From Chiloscyllium plagiosum (taxonomy: Eukaryota): DNA of 64,000 nucleotides. Every line of letters begins with the position of its first letter. Positions within the stretch are counted from its first letter, which is position 1. Positions 39,579 to 53,293 of this stretch are shown here, piece by piece. The notes under the pieces are model-generated. The model made no database searches, was not told the DNA's origin, and worked only from the letters and a program-made list of their open reading frames with translations. The translations under genes were made by a program, and so were the position numbers. The stretch lies in assembly GCF_004010195.1 (NCBI RefSeq), contig NC_057755.1:8193082-8257081 (forward strand), given 5' to 3'.

Positions 39579-40828
39579 CCAAAACTAATTTTTGCTCACA
39601 CGGGTCATCTTGTTTCCCCGGCTCACACGGCCTACCCCCACAGCTGATCTTTTTCCGAATGAGTGCAAATGAGTGTCCCTGATGACCATCCCTTATCTTA
39701 CGCGGATACAGTTTAATGAATTGAAACCTGGAAACATTTTAGTAGTTCGAGAGCCTCAAAGATATCTTTCCTGAAGCATTCTTGCATTTTTGAATGTTCC
39801 TGCACAGATACATCAAGCATACTCATATCATTCTCGCCATTATTGGATTTTCAGCACAATGAAATTTAAAGATTCGGTGTTTCAAACATCTATATTATTC
39901 AGTCGTCCAATCCAGATTTTACAAATAATTGGCAAAAATAAAAATTGCTCGCAAACATCAGCTGATCAAGCATTACTAATCGAGAGAAATTGGAGTTAAT
40001 GTATCAGGTCGAGCGACCCATCCTGAGAACAAATAACTGATCATAGATACCACGTGTACAACCTGAAAAAATATGAACATTTCATTATTAAGAATGTATC
40101 CTAGCTGAACACAGAAATAAATATGAGACTCTCGAACTAATATCAATGTTCTAAGCCCAATCTTCTTTAATATCAGCTGTCACTCCTACACCGATAGAGA
40201 GACAGAATGGACTGATACATTTAAAAATAACATAAAACAATTATAATTAGCCAGTTCGATGACCATTTCAACGATGCATGCCACGTTTTTATGAAATCCT
40301 TTCATGATGGGTAATATCACACAAGTGTCGGAATGTGTATCTTCCTTGAATTCTGAAGTCACAGGTCAATGCAAACACCTCGGGACATCTGAAATTTCAC
40401 TTACTTGCCTCAGAATGGAATTCTTCCTCACAATGTGCAACATATCGATACCTACACAACGTCAGGGAGAGAGAAAGACCAAAGACAAACAAAGGCTTCC
40501 CAGTCCAGCAGCTCCTGAAGCAAAAAAAAAGCTGATGCATGCTATAAAAGCCTATGGATTCAGATTCAGTCATTAAAGATCTCACCTCCAAATGACACTT
40601 TCAAACAATTGTCATCTATCATTTTCAATGACCGTACTCTTGTTGCTGACAACTCAATGGAAGATGTGTCTTTGCTTATTTAAACTATCGAATCCCTCTT
40701 GTACTTTGAGCCCTTGTATTCACACCGCCCTGTTATCTATAAATCCAGTGCTACACTGAAAAATAGATTGAGACAGGGCTGAGATATCATAACAAATTGT
40801 GTTGGGGGGCAATGACACAGCAACTGGA

Positions 40829-40875
40829 TGTGGTGCATTTAATCAGATGGAGCAGGGAAACTGCCTTTCCAGGTG
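40829..40875 (+). promoter_or_regulatory. V-gene promoter motifs: Runx TGTGGT (40829-40834) and E-box CAGGTG (40870-40875)
   Basis: Positionally conserved among the cassettes. Confidence 0.5.
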
Positions 40876-41199
40876 TCATCGGACTGGGCACCATTGAAAT
40901 GACAGCATCATGCGGTGTGAAATCTATAATTGCATTTGGATGTTTGGATTGTCCTCTGGTCAGTCAACGTCATGCGATGCATGGAACAATGCGTTATCAG
41001 ATGAGCTGTAATTATCTCAGTCACAATCTCCCATCTGGGTGAGAAAGTAATTGGTCGGAGTCTGATTCCAGATCCAGGAGGTGGAAATCAAGGCTAATAC
41101 CCCACGCATCATTGTTGAGGGAGCTATGAGATTCATAGTGAACACATCAAATTGAACAGAGTTGTGGTCGTCAGCTGGTAAAAATTATCAAAATGTCTT

Positions 41200-44100
41200 C
41201 TTCAGAGATTTGGGCATTTTAAAAAAAACTACTGGATTTAAATACTTGCAGGTTAATGTCCTGGATATTTAAGTAAATCGTAGATGAAGCAATGATTTTT
41301 TTTTAATTTCAGTGACTTATGGTTGATCAAATTAGCAGTGAAAGAAATGGCTCTTTAAATTACTGAAGAGGGTCTGGGATTTGAAGATGATTCTCAAATT
41401 TGCCAAGAAAGCTTAGAAGGAAAAAAAAATAGCCAATACTTTCAGAATCAAGAATGAAGCTAGATTTGGGTATAACTAAAGACTAATGTAAAGCTGAAAT
41501 TTTAAGGCAATTACTCAAATACTTAAGTGTATCAGAGAAACGACAAGTGCAATAGAGGTAGAAAAATTGAAACTACAATTGAAGAAATGGAGTTAGAAGA
41601 TAAACAAAGAGTGAGGGAAAGAGAAAGGGTGAGATGAAAAACAGAGAGAGAAAGAGAGAATGTTCTCAGCTGAGCAAAGAGAGAGAGAGAAGAACGGGAG
41701 GGAGAAAGAGAGAGAGAAGCAAAATCGACAGAAAGAGAGATAAGAAAGGGTGAGACAAATAGAGAGATAATTTGAACTTGAGAACTTGCAACTTAGTAAG
41801 CGAAGTCGTAAACATGGTGGAGTTCAAAATAGAAGTTAGTGACACAGACAAATATTTCAAAATAAGAAAGATGTCGAAGCCTTCTTTACTTCATTTTCCA
41901 AATTGGCTAGGCAGGCAAATTGGTCTGAGGATTTATGCGCAATGCTAACTCAGGCAAAACTGGTAGGCAGAGCTAGTGAGGCATTTGCTCCGCTTTCAGG
42001 TGAGGTGTCAAGAGATTATGAAGAGGTTGAACAGGCTACTTTAAATGCTTCTGAATTGATACCAGAAGCACATAGACAGCAGTTTAGAAGCGTAAAGAAG
42101 GAAACAGGTCAGACTTATCTTCAGATCGAAACAATTAAACATATTCATTTTGATAGATGGGTGCGTGCTTTAGATCGGGCTATTGAGGCTCTAAGAGAGA
42201 TTATTTTGCGAGAGGAGTTTAAAAACTCACTTCCACAGGTGGTAAGAAATCAAGCTGAGGAACAGAAAGTTCAGAAACTGAGCAGGGCAGCAGAATTAGC
42301 AGATGAGCACATGTTGTTGCATAAGACAAACTTCCAGCCTGTATTTCGTCCTGTGAGGGACAGAAGCTGGGAGAAAGCGAGATCCTAAACTACCAAACCA
42401 TGAGTAGAGAACACTGGTAAGAGTTTACCACTGGTTAAAGAAACCCAAGTGACTGGAAAAGAGAGGAGAGGCTCAGTATTTTCACTTTACTGGAATGGGA
42501 CAAGAAAATTACAATACTAATTGTTTTAAAAGGGCACTGGGAAAATGAGTTTTCACTGCCAGAAGGTAAGACATATAAAGTCACAGTGCTGGTCATGAAA
42601 GGATGTGGGAAAAGATGTAGTCAAAGTCAACGGCATTATTGAAGGTAGTAGATGAAACCCCAAGATGATCTAAGGAGTGGCAGGAAAGTACACAGCCGAG
42701 GCAAAGGCTGAGTATGGCGTTAGACCTGATCTGTATTAAGAATCTGCCTCTGTGGGTCAACTTTACTCAGAAAGAACAGGGGGCGAAGGTCAAGACCTTA
42801 TAATTTTGAGCGATTCAAGATCTAACCAGTCGCTGATTTTAAGAGATGAGCGACTTTGCACTCTTTAAGATCTGTTACACGAGAGTGTGGTCCTTTGTGG
42901 GATAGATGGACAGAAATCTAGTGTTCCCCAATGTATTTTCAGATTGGAGGGCCAACTCAATACTGAGGAAGTTACAGTGGGAGTGATTAACAGACTGTCA
43001 GTTCCAGGAATCTAATTGGTTCTTGAGAATGATTTAGCACATTCCAAGTTGAGAGTGACAACTCTTGTTGTCGAGAAGCCCAACGAAGATAAAGAAACTG
43101 AGGAAGTAAAGCAGAAATATATTGGTATTTTCCCAGAGTGTGTAGTAACCAGATCCCACTATCATAAGTCACAGCATGAAGCAAAATCTAAATGGAAAGA
43201 TAAACTAATTGAGGTTCAGTTAGCGGGCATCCTGTTTGACGTGATGGTGCAGGAAAAAGCTGAACAGACAGAATGTCAGACTGAAGTGGTTAGTCCTGAA
43301 AAGCGAAAGGAATTGCAACAGCAAGGCAAGAGTATAAAAGAGCTATATGTGGATGCGTACTCCGAAATGGAGGCAGAGAATATTTCGGATGGTAATTATC
43401 TCAAAGATAGAGTTCGCAGACAGAAATGGAGATCACAGCACTTTAGTGGAGTGGAGAAATGAGACGAAGTGCGAAAGATTGTGTTGCCTTAACATACAGA
43501 CAGGAGATTTTACAGTTAGCACACGAACTACCTGCAGGACGTCACCTGAGGATGCGAAAGACATACGGTAAGGTACAAAAACATTTTTGTTGATCTGGAA
43601 CGCACAAGGATGTGGTTAACGTTTGCAGTACGTGTCAAAAATGGAAAATGGTAAACCATGGGCTGCTATAAAACCAGGACCTTTGATGCCAATAGTCGCA
43701 TTTCAAGACTTTTCATGCGGGTTAAAATTCATTGTGTGAGTTCCCTTCCCAGAACCAGAAATGGGTGCCAGAATCTGTTAGCCATAATGGATGCTTCTAC
43801 CATATTTTCAGAGGCAATTCCATTACGGAGTATCAAGGCAAAAATGGTGATGGAAGATTTAGGAGCTTTCTTCTTCCGACATGGGCTACCCAAAAAGATT
43901 CAGTCTGACCAAGGGTCTAATTTTACTGCAAGGGCCCTTGAAGGAGCATATGGGTAGCTTAGGTATAAAGCGCTTTAAATCCAGTGTGTATCATCCTGAA
44001 TCCCAGAGAGCTTCAGAAAGCTGTTATCAAACCTTGAAGATCATGTTGAGGGCATACTGTCAATATTACCCAAATGATTGCGAGAAAGGCATCCCATTCG

Positions 44101-47100
44101 TATTGTTTGTCAATAGAGATGCTCCAAACGAATTTCCTGAGTTCACTCTCTTTGAGTTAATCTTCGGCCAAGAAATGAAAGGCCCTTAAAATTAATTAAC
44201 GAAAACTTGGCAGAACCAAGTTCAGAGATCACGCAATTAGATTGTGTTGAAGGTGAGAAAAAATTAAATCGAGTTGGTGAGTTAGCTAAACTACACGTAA
44301 GGAGGGTCAAGCGGAGAATGAAGCTGGTGACACATAAATGCTCTGAGAGTCGGAGGTTTTCCCGAGGGAATGTCATTGTAGTCCTATAACTAGTGATAGG
44401 ACATCATCTCAAAGCCAGGTTTAGTGGTACTTATCAAACTGAGAAAAATCTGAGTTATGTGGTCTATCTAGTAAAGTTGCCAGATATGAATAAGAAGTAT
44501 TGAGTATGTCATGGAAACATGTTGAAACGGTATTATAGCAGAGAAAAAGAACTGGAGAAAAAGGTGTTAATTGCTGCTCCACAGAATGACAAACCAAATC
44601 CAGATGATGTAGGTTTTGATGAACTTCCAAATAGATTAAGAAATGAAATAAGTTCTTGAGGAGTGTGGTACGTTAGTAAGCTATCTGCATCAAGAGCAAA
44701 GAATGCATTTGAAAAATTTGTTACTGCAGTATGAGGACATATGTAATAATCAGTTGCAGAGGACTCATATGAAGTAGACTTAGGGAATACTGCTCCGATA
44801 AAACAACACCCCTACAGCTTAATACTTTCAAAGCCACACAGGTCCAGAAGAAGGAGGAGTTCATGCTCGACAAGGATATCATCGAACAGATCCAGAGCGA
44901 GTAGAGTTTGCCGATCATCGTAGTTCCCAAACCGGCCTCAAAGATTTTGTCTGGATTATGAGAAGGTCAACGCAGTTACAAAATCGGACTCCTATCCAAT
45001 TGCTAGATTGGACGACTGTATTAGGAAAGTCAGACAAGCCAGTTACGTCATCAAGTTGAACTTACTGCGTGGTTACTGGCAGGTACCTTTATCAGAGGTG
45101 GAGACAACAATTCTGCGTTTGTAAACGAAATAGGCAATATCAACTTAAAGTAATGCATTTTGGAATGAAGAACACCTCCACTACATTCCAAAGACTCATG
45201 AACAGAGTTGTGGCTGGATAACAAACTGTGCAGTCTGTTTGGACGATGTAGTAAGCTTTAGTAATTCCTGGAAACGTCACTGAGTACAGTTAACAGATCT
45301 GTTTGAACAAGTGCGAGAAAAAAACTGAATTCAAGATAGCAGAGATGACATTCGTGAGTCATAACATGGGTCATGGGAGGTTAACCCCATGGAATGCAAA
45401 GATGAAGGCCATCGATGAATTTCCATAACCAAAATCGAAGACAGAGGTCCTTCGAGTTTAGGACTCTATTTTTAGGATAATTTTGGAAGCTTGCTCCAAA
45501 ATTCAGCAGTGTGGTAGCACCATTAACCGAGTTGCAGAAGATGAACAGAAAATTTCTGCAGACAGAACAATTTCAGGAGGTTAAAAAAGGACTGCAGATG
45601 CTAGAAACTCGAGTCTAGATTAGAGTGGTACTGCAAAAGCACAGCAGGTCAGGCAGCATCAGGAAAATGCCTCACCCCACCGCCCTGTTACCCAACATTT
45701 CAACTCCCCCTACCACTCTGCCGAGGACGTGCAGGTCCTGGGCCTCCTCCACCGTCCATCCCTCACCACACGACGCCTGGAGGAAGAACACCTCATCTTC
45801 CACCATTGAACACGTCAACCCCAATCAATGTGGACTTCACCAGTTAACTCATTTCCCCTTATCCCACCTCACCCCAGTTCCAACCTTCCAGCTTAGCACC
45901 ATCCCCATGACCTGTCCTAACTGACTATCTTCCGTTCCACCTATCCACTCCACCCTCCTCTCTGACATATCACCTCCATCCCCACTCCCATTCACCTATT
46001 ATACTCTTTGCTAATTTATCCCCACCCCCACCATCTCTCATTTATCTCTCCACTCTGCGGGCACCCTGCCTCTACTCCTGAGGAAGGGCTTTTGTCCGAA
46101 ACGTCGATTTTCCTGCTCATCGGATGTTGCCTGACTTGTTGTGCTTTTCCAGAACCACTCTAATCTTGAACAATGTGAGGAGGCATTCAACAATGTCAAA
46201 GCAATATTAACCACCGCAACAGTTATATCTACACCAAACCTTTCAAAACCCTTCAAAGTTTCAGTAGATGCTCGTAACAATGGAGATGAAAATGTATTAC
46301 TACAGGAAAATGAGTAGAGGATTGAACTGTCAGTTGGTTACTTTTCATAGAAACTCAACATCCACCAGAGGAAATACTCCACGATTGAAAAAGAACTACT
46401 GAGTTTGGTACGTGGCCATGAAACATTTTAAAATGCATGTCACGAACAATGTGCCAGTGACTGTTGTGTATACGAATCACAATACTCTTACATTCTTAGA
46501 ATGAATTAAAAACAAGAATATGAGACTATTTCGTTGGAGTCTTATGTTACAAACATCTAACATAAAAATTGTACATGTTGCAGATCATAAGAATGTAATC
46601 ACAGATATACTATCACAGATTCAACTGATAAAAGTTATCAGTTATGATAATGTATGTTATGGTAACGTATTTAAAGTATAGAAAAAATGAAGTCATCTTT
46701 TCATTATATTGGTTAATTTTTTTTAAGGGTGACGTGTTTTTAAGATGACGGGGTAATGCACTCTTGCAGAAAACCACAGAGTAATAGAAAATTTCAAACG
46801 AAACTTTTGATCGAAAAGCTTGCAGTAGCTGGGGTGCCTGTATACCAAAACAAATACGAATTCGGCCAACAAGTTTAAATTATGTCCCAAGATACAAAAC
46901 TCCAATCAAGTTTGAATTTGGAATTTTCACAATGTTGAAGCCAATTAAATTATCAGATATTTTGGGGTATAAATATCAGGCATTTTAAACATTTACCTGG
47001 AGGCAGAGAGTGGCAAAAGGAACTGTCAATACACAAACAGATGTAAGCTGTTAGTACGAGCTCTCTGACAGGTACCTGCCTGGAGAAGGAGTTCGAACAG

Positions 47101-47450
47101 AAAAAAAAATCGACACTCACCTGCAGAGAAAATATGCAGAGGAAGGCACAAAGAATAAATTCGACAACTGGCTGGTTTTGAAATTTGAGTTTTTAAAAAT
47201 AAATTGGGTGGTTTATCAGACCAGTATTGCAGAGTGGAAGGCAAACGATAGGTTTAAGAGAATGGAGTTGCAAAGAGTTGTTAAACAATATTCTCTGTTA
47301 GACTTAAAGAATAAAGGTGCTAATTTTTACTTGAAGTAGTGACTTTTGGAATCGTTCTTTGCCTCTATAATTTTCACAGATTACAGTATGGGGTGAAAAT
47401 TTCTGTCTTGCTGGTTTAAATAAGCAGAGTGGTTTTCCCTTGTGGTAACA
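41200..47450 (+). mobile_element. Gmr1-type Gypsy LTR retrotransposon lacking its 5' LTR (gag-PR-IN-RT-RH-3'LTR)
   Basis: gag WSEDLCAMLTQAKLVGRASEAF..PEAHRQQFR (41903-42388); PR ILSDS ~42800; IN SLPRTRNG..MDAST..GLPKKIQSDQGSNF (43500-44190); RT DYEKVNAVTKSDSYPI..FQRLMN..LDDV (44800-45300); RH VSVDA..YSTIEKELL (46200-46600); LTR 46735-47450 (TG..AACA). Confidence 0.88.
45581..46167 (+). mobile_element. Penelope-like element 3' end with inverted 5' piece, inserted between the Gypsy RT and RNase H; intact hammerhead core at 46078-46105
   Basis: RRLEEEHLIFH (GIY-YIG C-terminus). CTGAGGA-A-GGGC-TTTT-GTCC-GAAA-CGTC. Imperfect 16-bp flanking repeat GAACAAT[TT/GT][C/G]AGGAGG (45565-45580, 46168-46183). 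Confidence 0.75.
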
Positions 47451-48419
47451 CCATTCACCGCATGGATTGCAGGACGAGGCTCAACAACACTCAAATCCAC
47501 ACTGAAAGACGTTGGCTATCCCAGTATATATTGGTATCGCCCAGGAAATAGAATCGTGAATTTTCTTTGCTGCAGTAGTTGTTGCAAATTACATGTCCGA
47601 GTCTTGTCACGCCAAAAGACCAAACAAAGCACTGTTTATTTTGTAACTGAGAGGCGCTTCTCCATCTCACATGGCTCACTATTTCTATACATGTAGCAGC
47701 GCACAGCTTTTGAGAAAGAGTTCTTGCAACTACAAAACCTGCATCCAACCCCAGGAACCTTCAGGACATTCAGGACATGTGGATACAGATAACTGAGGTT
47801 CAGGACACGGTTTCTGTGACCAGGGTAAGAATCACAGAATGGGGAGGACAGAAAGTGGAATTCAGCTCATCTTTCCATTCCCAGTGAATTGAGAGAAATA
47901 TCCAGTCAATAGCAATCAGACCTCTTTTTCTCTTATGCACTGACGAATCGTTTTCCTTCACATATTTACTCAACCAACATCTCGTAGTGTTATCAAATCT
48001 GTTTCTCGAACCTTGTCTCAGATAGTCGCGTGTTGCAATGGTTATAAATTGGTTTCTAAGAGAAATGTCTCTCGCCATTCACTAGACTCCAACTTCACCA
48101 CACTCCACCGCCCACCTCGCTAAACCATTAAAGGTGATAGCATTCCAAATGAGCACAAATCATTTTCTTTGAAGATGGTCCAATATCCCACTGGAAGCAG
48201 AGTCTCCTTTTCTGATAAGGTAGCTTTTCATATTCTTGGCAGCTCTGAAGACTTACTATATTATACTAAAAGTCTGTAAGTTCTCCAGATTCTCCACATA
48301 AATAATGTCTTTACACCTTGATACTAGTGTATCACCTTGATATTAGTGTATCACCTTGATACTACCAGAGAACAGTCTCACCAAACAATAAATTTACTGA
48401 TTTCCTTTCTTGTGAAAGT

Positions 48420-48545
48420 TTCATATCTGTTCAGAATCCGACCCTCGAGAAACATTTAAACTGCTGGTTCCCTGGATGCTGAATATGGGCACTGGATGGT
48501 ACAACAGCAGCAAGAAAACAACATGTCGCTCCCGTTCACTCTGAA
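48420..48545 (+). pseudogene. Possible severely decayed V-exon relic (FR1-CDR2 part only)
   Basis: CTCGAGAAACATTTAAACTGC..TGGTACAACAGCAG..TTCACTCTG aligns loosely to the V exons. It is followed at 48600-48925 by the post-V flank also seen at 58850-59150 and 62060-62310. Confidence 0.4.
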
Positions 48546-48934
48546 TTCCTTTACTTACCAAATGCCCAGGGATATCAACTCTGCTCCATGCATTTGCTCC
48601 AATGCATGTCCACCTACTGACACACAGACGACTCACTATTTGACAGCTAAAGGATCAGATTTAGTCAGCTTCTCAACCGTGCTATCCTCATTCTCTCTAG
48701 GAGACAGATTGATCATTTGTGCCCAAGTTTGAATGATCCCTATAACAACACATTACATTCATGTGCAACCTTCCTGCAGGCAATGGTGGATTAATGAAAA
48801 GAGAATGACAGTTAAAATATTTGGAAATCACTTGCTCACAAATCTCAAATATTTTCTCTGTATTCCAATGCATTCCATGATCCGACATTTATTGCTTCCT
48901 TTCTACAAATTGAGATTCATTTAAGAAGAAAAGA

Positions 48935-48962
48935 CAAAGGAAGCACATCGTGAGGACAGTGC

Positions 48963-49044
<82 letters not shown>

Positions 49045-52000
49045 CTGCACAATTACTGCCTTTGCTGTTTGAATTCGTGCGTTGCTGGACATTAACAAAC
49101 AGTGAAATTCACGAGTAATGTTGGAGGAACTGTTGGGCGAAGTACACAGCAGAGAATCAGATAAGTTAATTGTTGTTTCAAGTCTGTCCAAGAGAAAGGC
49201 TGCATAAGTGAGTACGGTGAATTCGTTCTTGATTATATGTTTTTGGAGATAAGTCTCTTGATTAAACTTAAAATATTAGCCATAACTATTAATTTAACTT
49301 GGGCAGAGTTTGTAGAGGAATAAGACGGTGCTATTTTCTGGGTCTGTAGATTGTGACGGAGCCAAAATGACCTTTGCAGTGGTATGTACTTCTTTTCAGA
49401 TATGGGAGTTTAAAGAGAGTTTAAGGGTTACTGCGGATTATATCTGCCATAAATGTTGTTGGATGCGAATCTTATCAGATCGAGTGGATCGGTTGGAGAG
49501 ACAGATAGAAACGATGAGGAATTTGCAACAGCAACAGTATGTGATGGATGGCAGTTATAGGAAGGGGAGAAGTCTCAGATATAGTCACATAGATAGGTTA
49601 ACTCCAGGAATGGAGAGAGAGGAAGGCACATAGGGCAGGGGTCTTTTGTGGATATACCCATTCAATCAGGTATACTGTTTTGGAAAATGTTGAGGGGAAT
49701 GGATTCTCAGGGGAACGAAGCACGAATAGCCAACTTTCTCATATTGAGAGTGGCTCTACTGCAACGAGGGGTACGTCGGCTTCCAAGAGATCAATTGTGT
49801 TAGGGGATTCTGTAGTCACAGCTACAGACAGACGTTTCTGTAGCCAGCAGAGAAAAAAGCAGAACGGTGTGGTGTTTCCCTGGTGCAAGGATCAAGGATG
49901 TCTCAGAGAGGGTGCAGATTATTCTCACGGGGGAGAGGGGCCAGCAAGAGGTCATTGTCCACATTGGAACCAACGATATGGGAAGGGAAAAGGTTGAGAT
50001 TCTGAAGGGAGATTACAGAGAGTTAAGCAGAAATTTAAAACGGAGGTCATCAAGGGTAGTAATATCTGGATTACTCCCTGTGCTACGAGCTAGTGAGGGC
50101 AGGAATAGGAGGATAGAGCAGATGAATGCATGGCTGAGGAGCTGGTGTATGGGAGAAGGATTCACATTTTTGGACATTGAAAATCTCTTTTGGGGTAGAA
50201 GAGACCTGTACAAGAAGGACGGATTGCACCTAAATTCGAAGGGGACTAATATACTGGCAAGGAAATTTGCTAATTGGGAGGATTTGAACTAGTAATGTGG
50301 AGGAGACCCAGGGAGGTAGTGAGGAAAGAGATCGATCTGAGACGGGTACAGCGGAGAATAGAAGTGAGTCAAACAGTCAGGGCAGGCAGGGACAAGGTAG
50401 GACGAACAAATTAAACTGCATTTATTTCAATGCAAGGGTTCTAACTGGGAAGGCAGATGAACTCAGGGCATGGTTAGGAACATGGGATTGGGATATCGTA
50501 GCAATTACGGTAACCTGGCTCAGGGATGTGCAGGACTGGCAGCTTAATGTTAATGTTCCAGGAGACAAATGTTACAGGAAGGATAAAAAGGGAGGCGAGA
50601 GAGGAGGGGGAGTGGCATTTTTGATAAAGGATTACATTTCAGCTGTGCTGAGGGAAGGTATTCCCGGAAATACATTCAGGGAAGTTATTTGGGTGGAACT
50701 GAGAAAGAAGAAAGGGATCATTACCTTATTGGGATTGTGTTATAGACCCCCCCACACACACACACACACCCCAGTTGTCAGAGGGAAATTGAGAAACAAA
50801 CCTGCAAGGAGATCTCAGCTATCTGTAAGAATAATAGGGTAGTTATGGTAGGGGATTTTAACTTTCCAAACATCGACTGGGACTGCCATAGTGTTAGAGG
50901 TTTTGGTGGAGAGGAATTTCTGAAGTGTGTACAGGACAATTTTCTGATTCAGTATGCGGATGTACCTACGAGAGGAGGTGGAAAACCTGACCTACTCTTG
51001 GGAAATATGGCAGGGCAGATGACTGAGGAGTCAGTGGAGGGAGCACTTTGGGTCCAGCGACCATAACTCTATTCGTTTTAACATAGTGATGGAAAAGGAT
51101 AGACCAGATCTAAAAGTTGAAGTTCTAAATTGGAGAAAGGCCAATTTTGATGGTATTAGGCAAGAACTTCCGAAACCTGATTGGAGGAAGATGTTCGCAA
51201 GTAAAGGGACGGCTGGAAAATGAGATACCAAGAATCCAGAGAAAGTATATTCCTGTCAGGGTGAAAGAGAAAGCTGGTGGGTATAGGGAATGCTGGATGA
51301 CTAAAGAAATTGAGTGTTTGGTTAAGAAAAAGAAGGAATCATATGTCAGGTACAGACAGGATGGATCGAGTGAATCCTTAGAAGTGTATAAAGAAAGTAA
51401 CGAATACTTAAGAGGGAAATCAGGAGGGCAAAAAGGGGACATGGGATAGCTTTGGAAAATCGATTAAAGAAGAATCCAAAGAGTTTTTACAAATATATTA
51501 AGAACAAAAGGGGAACTAGGGGGAAAATATGTCCCCTCAAAGATCAGCAAGGCGGCCTTTGTGTGAAGCCACAGAAAATGGGGGAAGATACTAAATGAAT
51601 ATTTTGTGTCAGTATTTACAGTGGAAACGGATATGGAAGATATAGACTGTAGGGAAATAGATGGTGACTTCTTGCAAACTATACAGATTACAGAGGAGAA
51701 AGTGCTGGATGTCTTGAAACGGTTAAAAGTGGATAAATCCCCAGGACCTGATCAGGTGTACCCGAGAACTCTGTGGGAAGCTAGAGAAGTGATTGCTGGG
51801 CCTTTTGCTGAGATATTTGTATCATCAATAGTCACAAGTGAAGTGCCAGAAGACTGGAGGTTGGCAAACATGGTGCCACTGTTTAAGAAGGGCGGTAAAG
51901 ACAAGTCAGGGAACTATAGACCAGTGAGCCTGACCTCGGTGGTGGGCAAGTTGTTGGAGGGAATCCTGAGGGACAGGATGCACATGTATTTGGAAAGTCA

Positions 52001-53293
52001 AGGACTGATTCGGGATAGTCTGCATGCTTTGTGCATGGGAAATGATGTCTCACAAACTTGATTTTTTAAAAAAGAAGTATCAAAGAAGATTGATCAGAGT
52101 AGAGCAGTAGATGTGATATATATGGACTTCAGTAAGGCGTTCGATAAGGTTTCCCATGGGAGACTGATTAGCAAGGTTAGATCTCATGGAATACAGGGAG
52201 AACTAGCCATTTGGATTCAGAACTGGCTCAAAGGTAGAAGACAGAGGGTGGTGGTGGAAGGTTGTTTTTCAGACTGGAGGTCTGTGACCAGTGGAGAGCC
52301 ACAAGGATCGGTGCTGGCCCGTCTACTTTTTATCGTTTACAGAAATGATTTGGATGCGAACATAAGAGGTACAGTTAGTCAGTTTGCAGATGACACCAAA
52401 ATCGGAGGTGTAGTGGACAGCGAAGAGGTTTACCTCAGATTACAACAGGATCTGAACCAGATGGGCCAATGGGCTGAGAAGTGGTAGATGGAGTTTAATT
52501 GAGATAAATGCGATGTGCTGCATTTTTGGAAAGCAAATCTTAGCAGGACTTATACACTTAATGGTAAGGTCCTAGGGAGAAGAGTGCAGGTTTATAGCTC
52601 CTTGAAATTGGAGTCGCAGGTAGATAGGATAGTGAAGAAGGCGTTTGGTATGCTTTCCTTTATTGGTCAGTGTATTGAGTACAGGCGTTGGGAGGTCATG
52701 TTGCGGCTGTTCAGGACATTAGTTAGACCATTGTTGGAATATTGCGTGCAATTCTGGTCTCCTTCATATCGGAAAGATGTTGTGAAACCTTGAAAGGGTT
52801 CAGAAAAGATTTACAAGAATGTTGCCATCTTTGGAGGATCTGAGCTACAGGGAGAGGCTGAACAAACTGCAGATGTTTTCCCTGGAGCGTCGGAGGCTGA
52901 GGGGTGACCTTATAGAGGTGTACAAAATTATGAGGGGCAAGGATAGGATTAATAGGCAAAGTCTTTTCCCTTGGGTCGAGGAGTCCAGAACTAGAAGGCA
53001 TAGGTTTAAGGTGAGACGGGAAAGATAAACAAGAGATCGAAGGGGCAGCTTTTTCACGCAGAGGGTGGTACATGCATGGAATGAGCTGCTAGAGGATGGG
53101 GTGGAGGCTGGTACAATTGCAACATTTAAGAGGCACTTGGATGGGTATATGAATAGTAAGTGTTTGGTGGGATATGGGCCGGGTGCTGTCAGGTGGGACT
53201 GGATTGGGTTGGGATATCTGGTCGGCATGGATGGGTTGGATAAAAAGGTCTGTTTCCATGCTGTACATCTCTATGACGCTATGACTCTATGAC
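48935..53293 (+). mobile_element. Essentially full-length CR1 LINE (5' GA microsatellite, ORF1 zinc-finger/esterase, disrupted ORF2)
   Basis: (GA)n 48965-49041. ORF1 YICHKC..LGDS..FPGARI..VHIGTND..DGLHLN. ORF2 YFNAR, VGDFNFP, KSPGPD, NYRPVSLTS, PQGSVL, FADDTK. Tail of CTATGA-type repeats. Confidence 0.92.

Larger units (their letters stand above)
40910..47740 (+). pseudogene. TCR beta-like V pseudogene 2 (leader 40910-40958; 5'-truncated V exon 47451-47701; 23-RSS 47702-47740)
   Basis: Leader MRCEIYNCIWMFGLSS G|GT. V reads PFTAWIAGRGSTTLKSTLKDVGYPSIYWYR..NYMSESCHAKRPNKALFIL*LRGASPSHMAHYFYTCSS. Both canonical Cys are lost. RSS is CACAGCT-23 bp-ACAAAACCT. Confidence 0.82.

Noticed and set aside
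40780-40812. ..ATAACAAATTGTGTTGGGGGGC as an LTR end plus PBS for the downstream Gypsy
   Set aside because: It aligns with the V-cassette promoter (CAAATAGTGTAGGGGCAATG at ~57750; CAAATGGTGTTAGGGCAATG at ~25316), not with the LTR at 46735-47450.
48314-48365. 19-bp unit CACCTTGATA[C/T]TAGTGTAT repeated ~2.5 times
   Set aside because: A simple local slippage duplication with no evidence of function.
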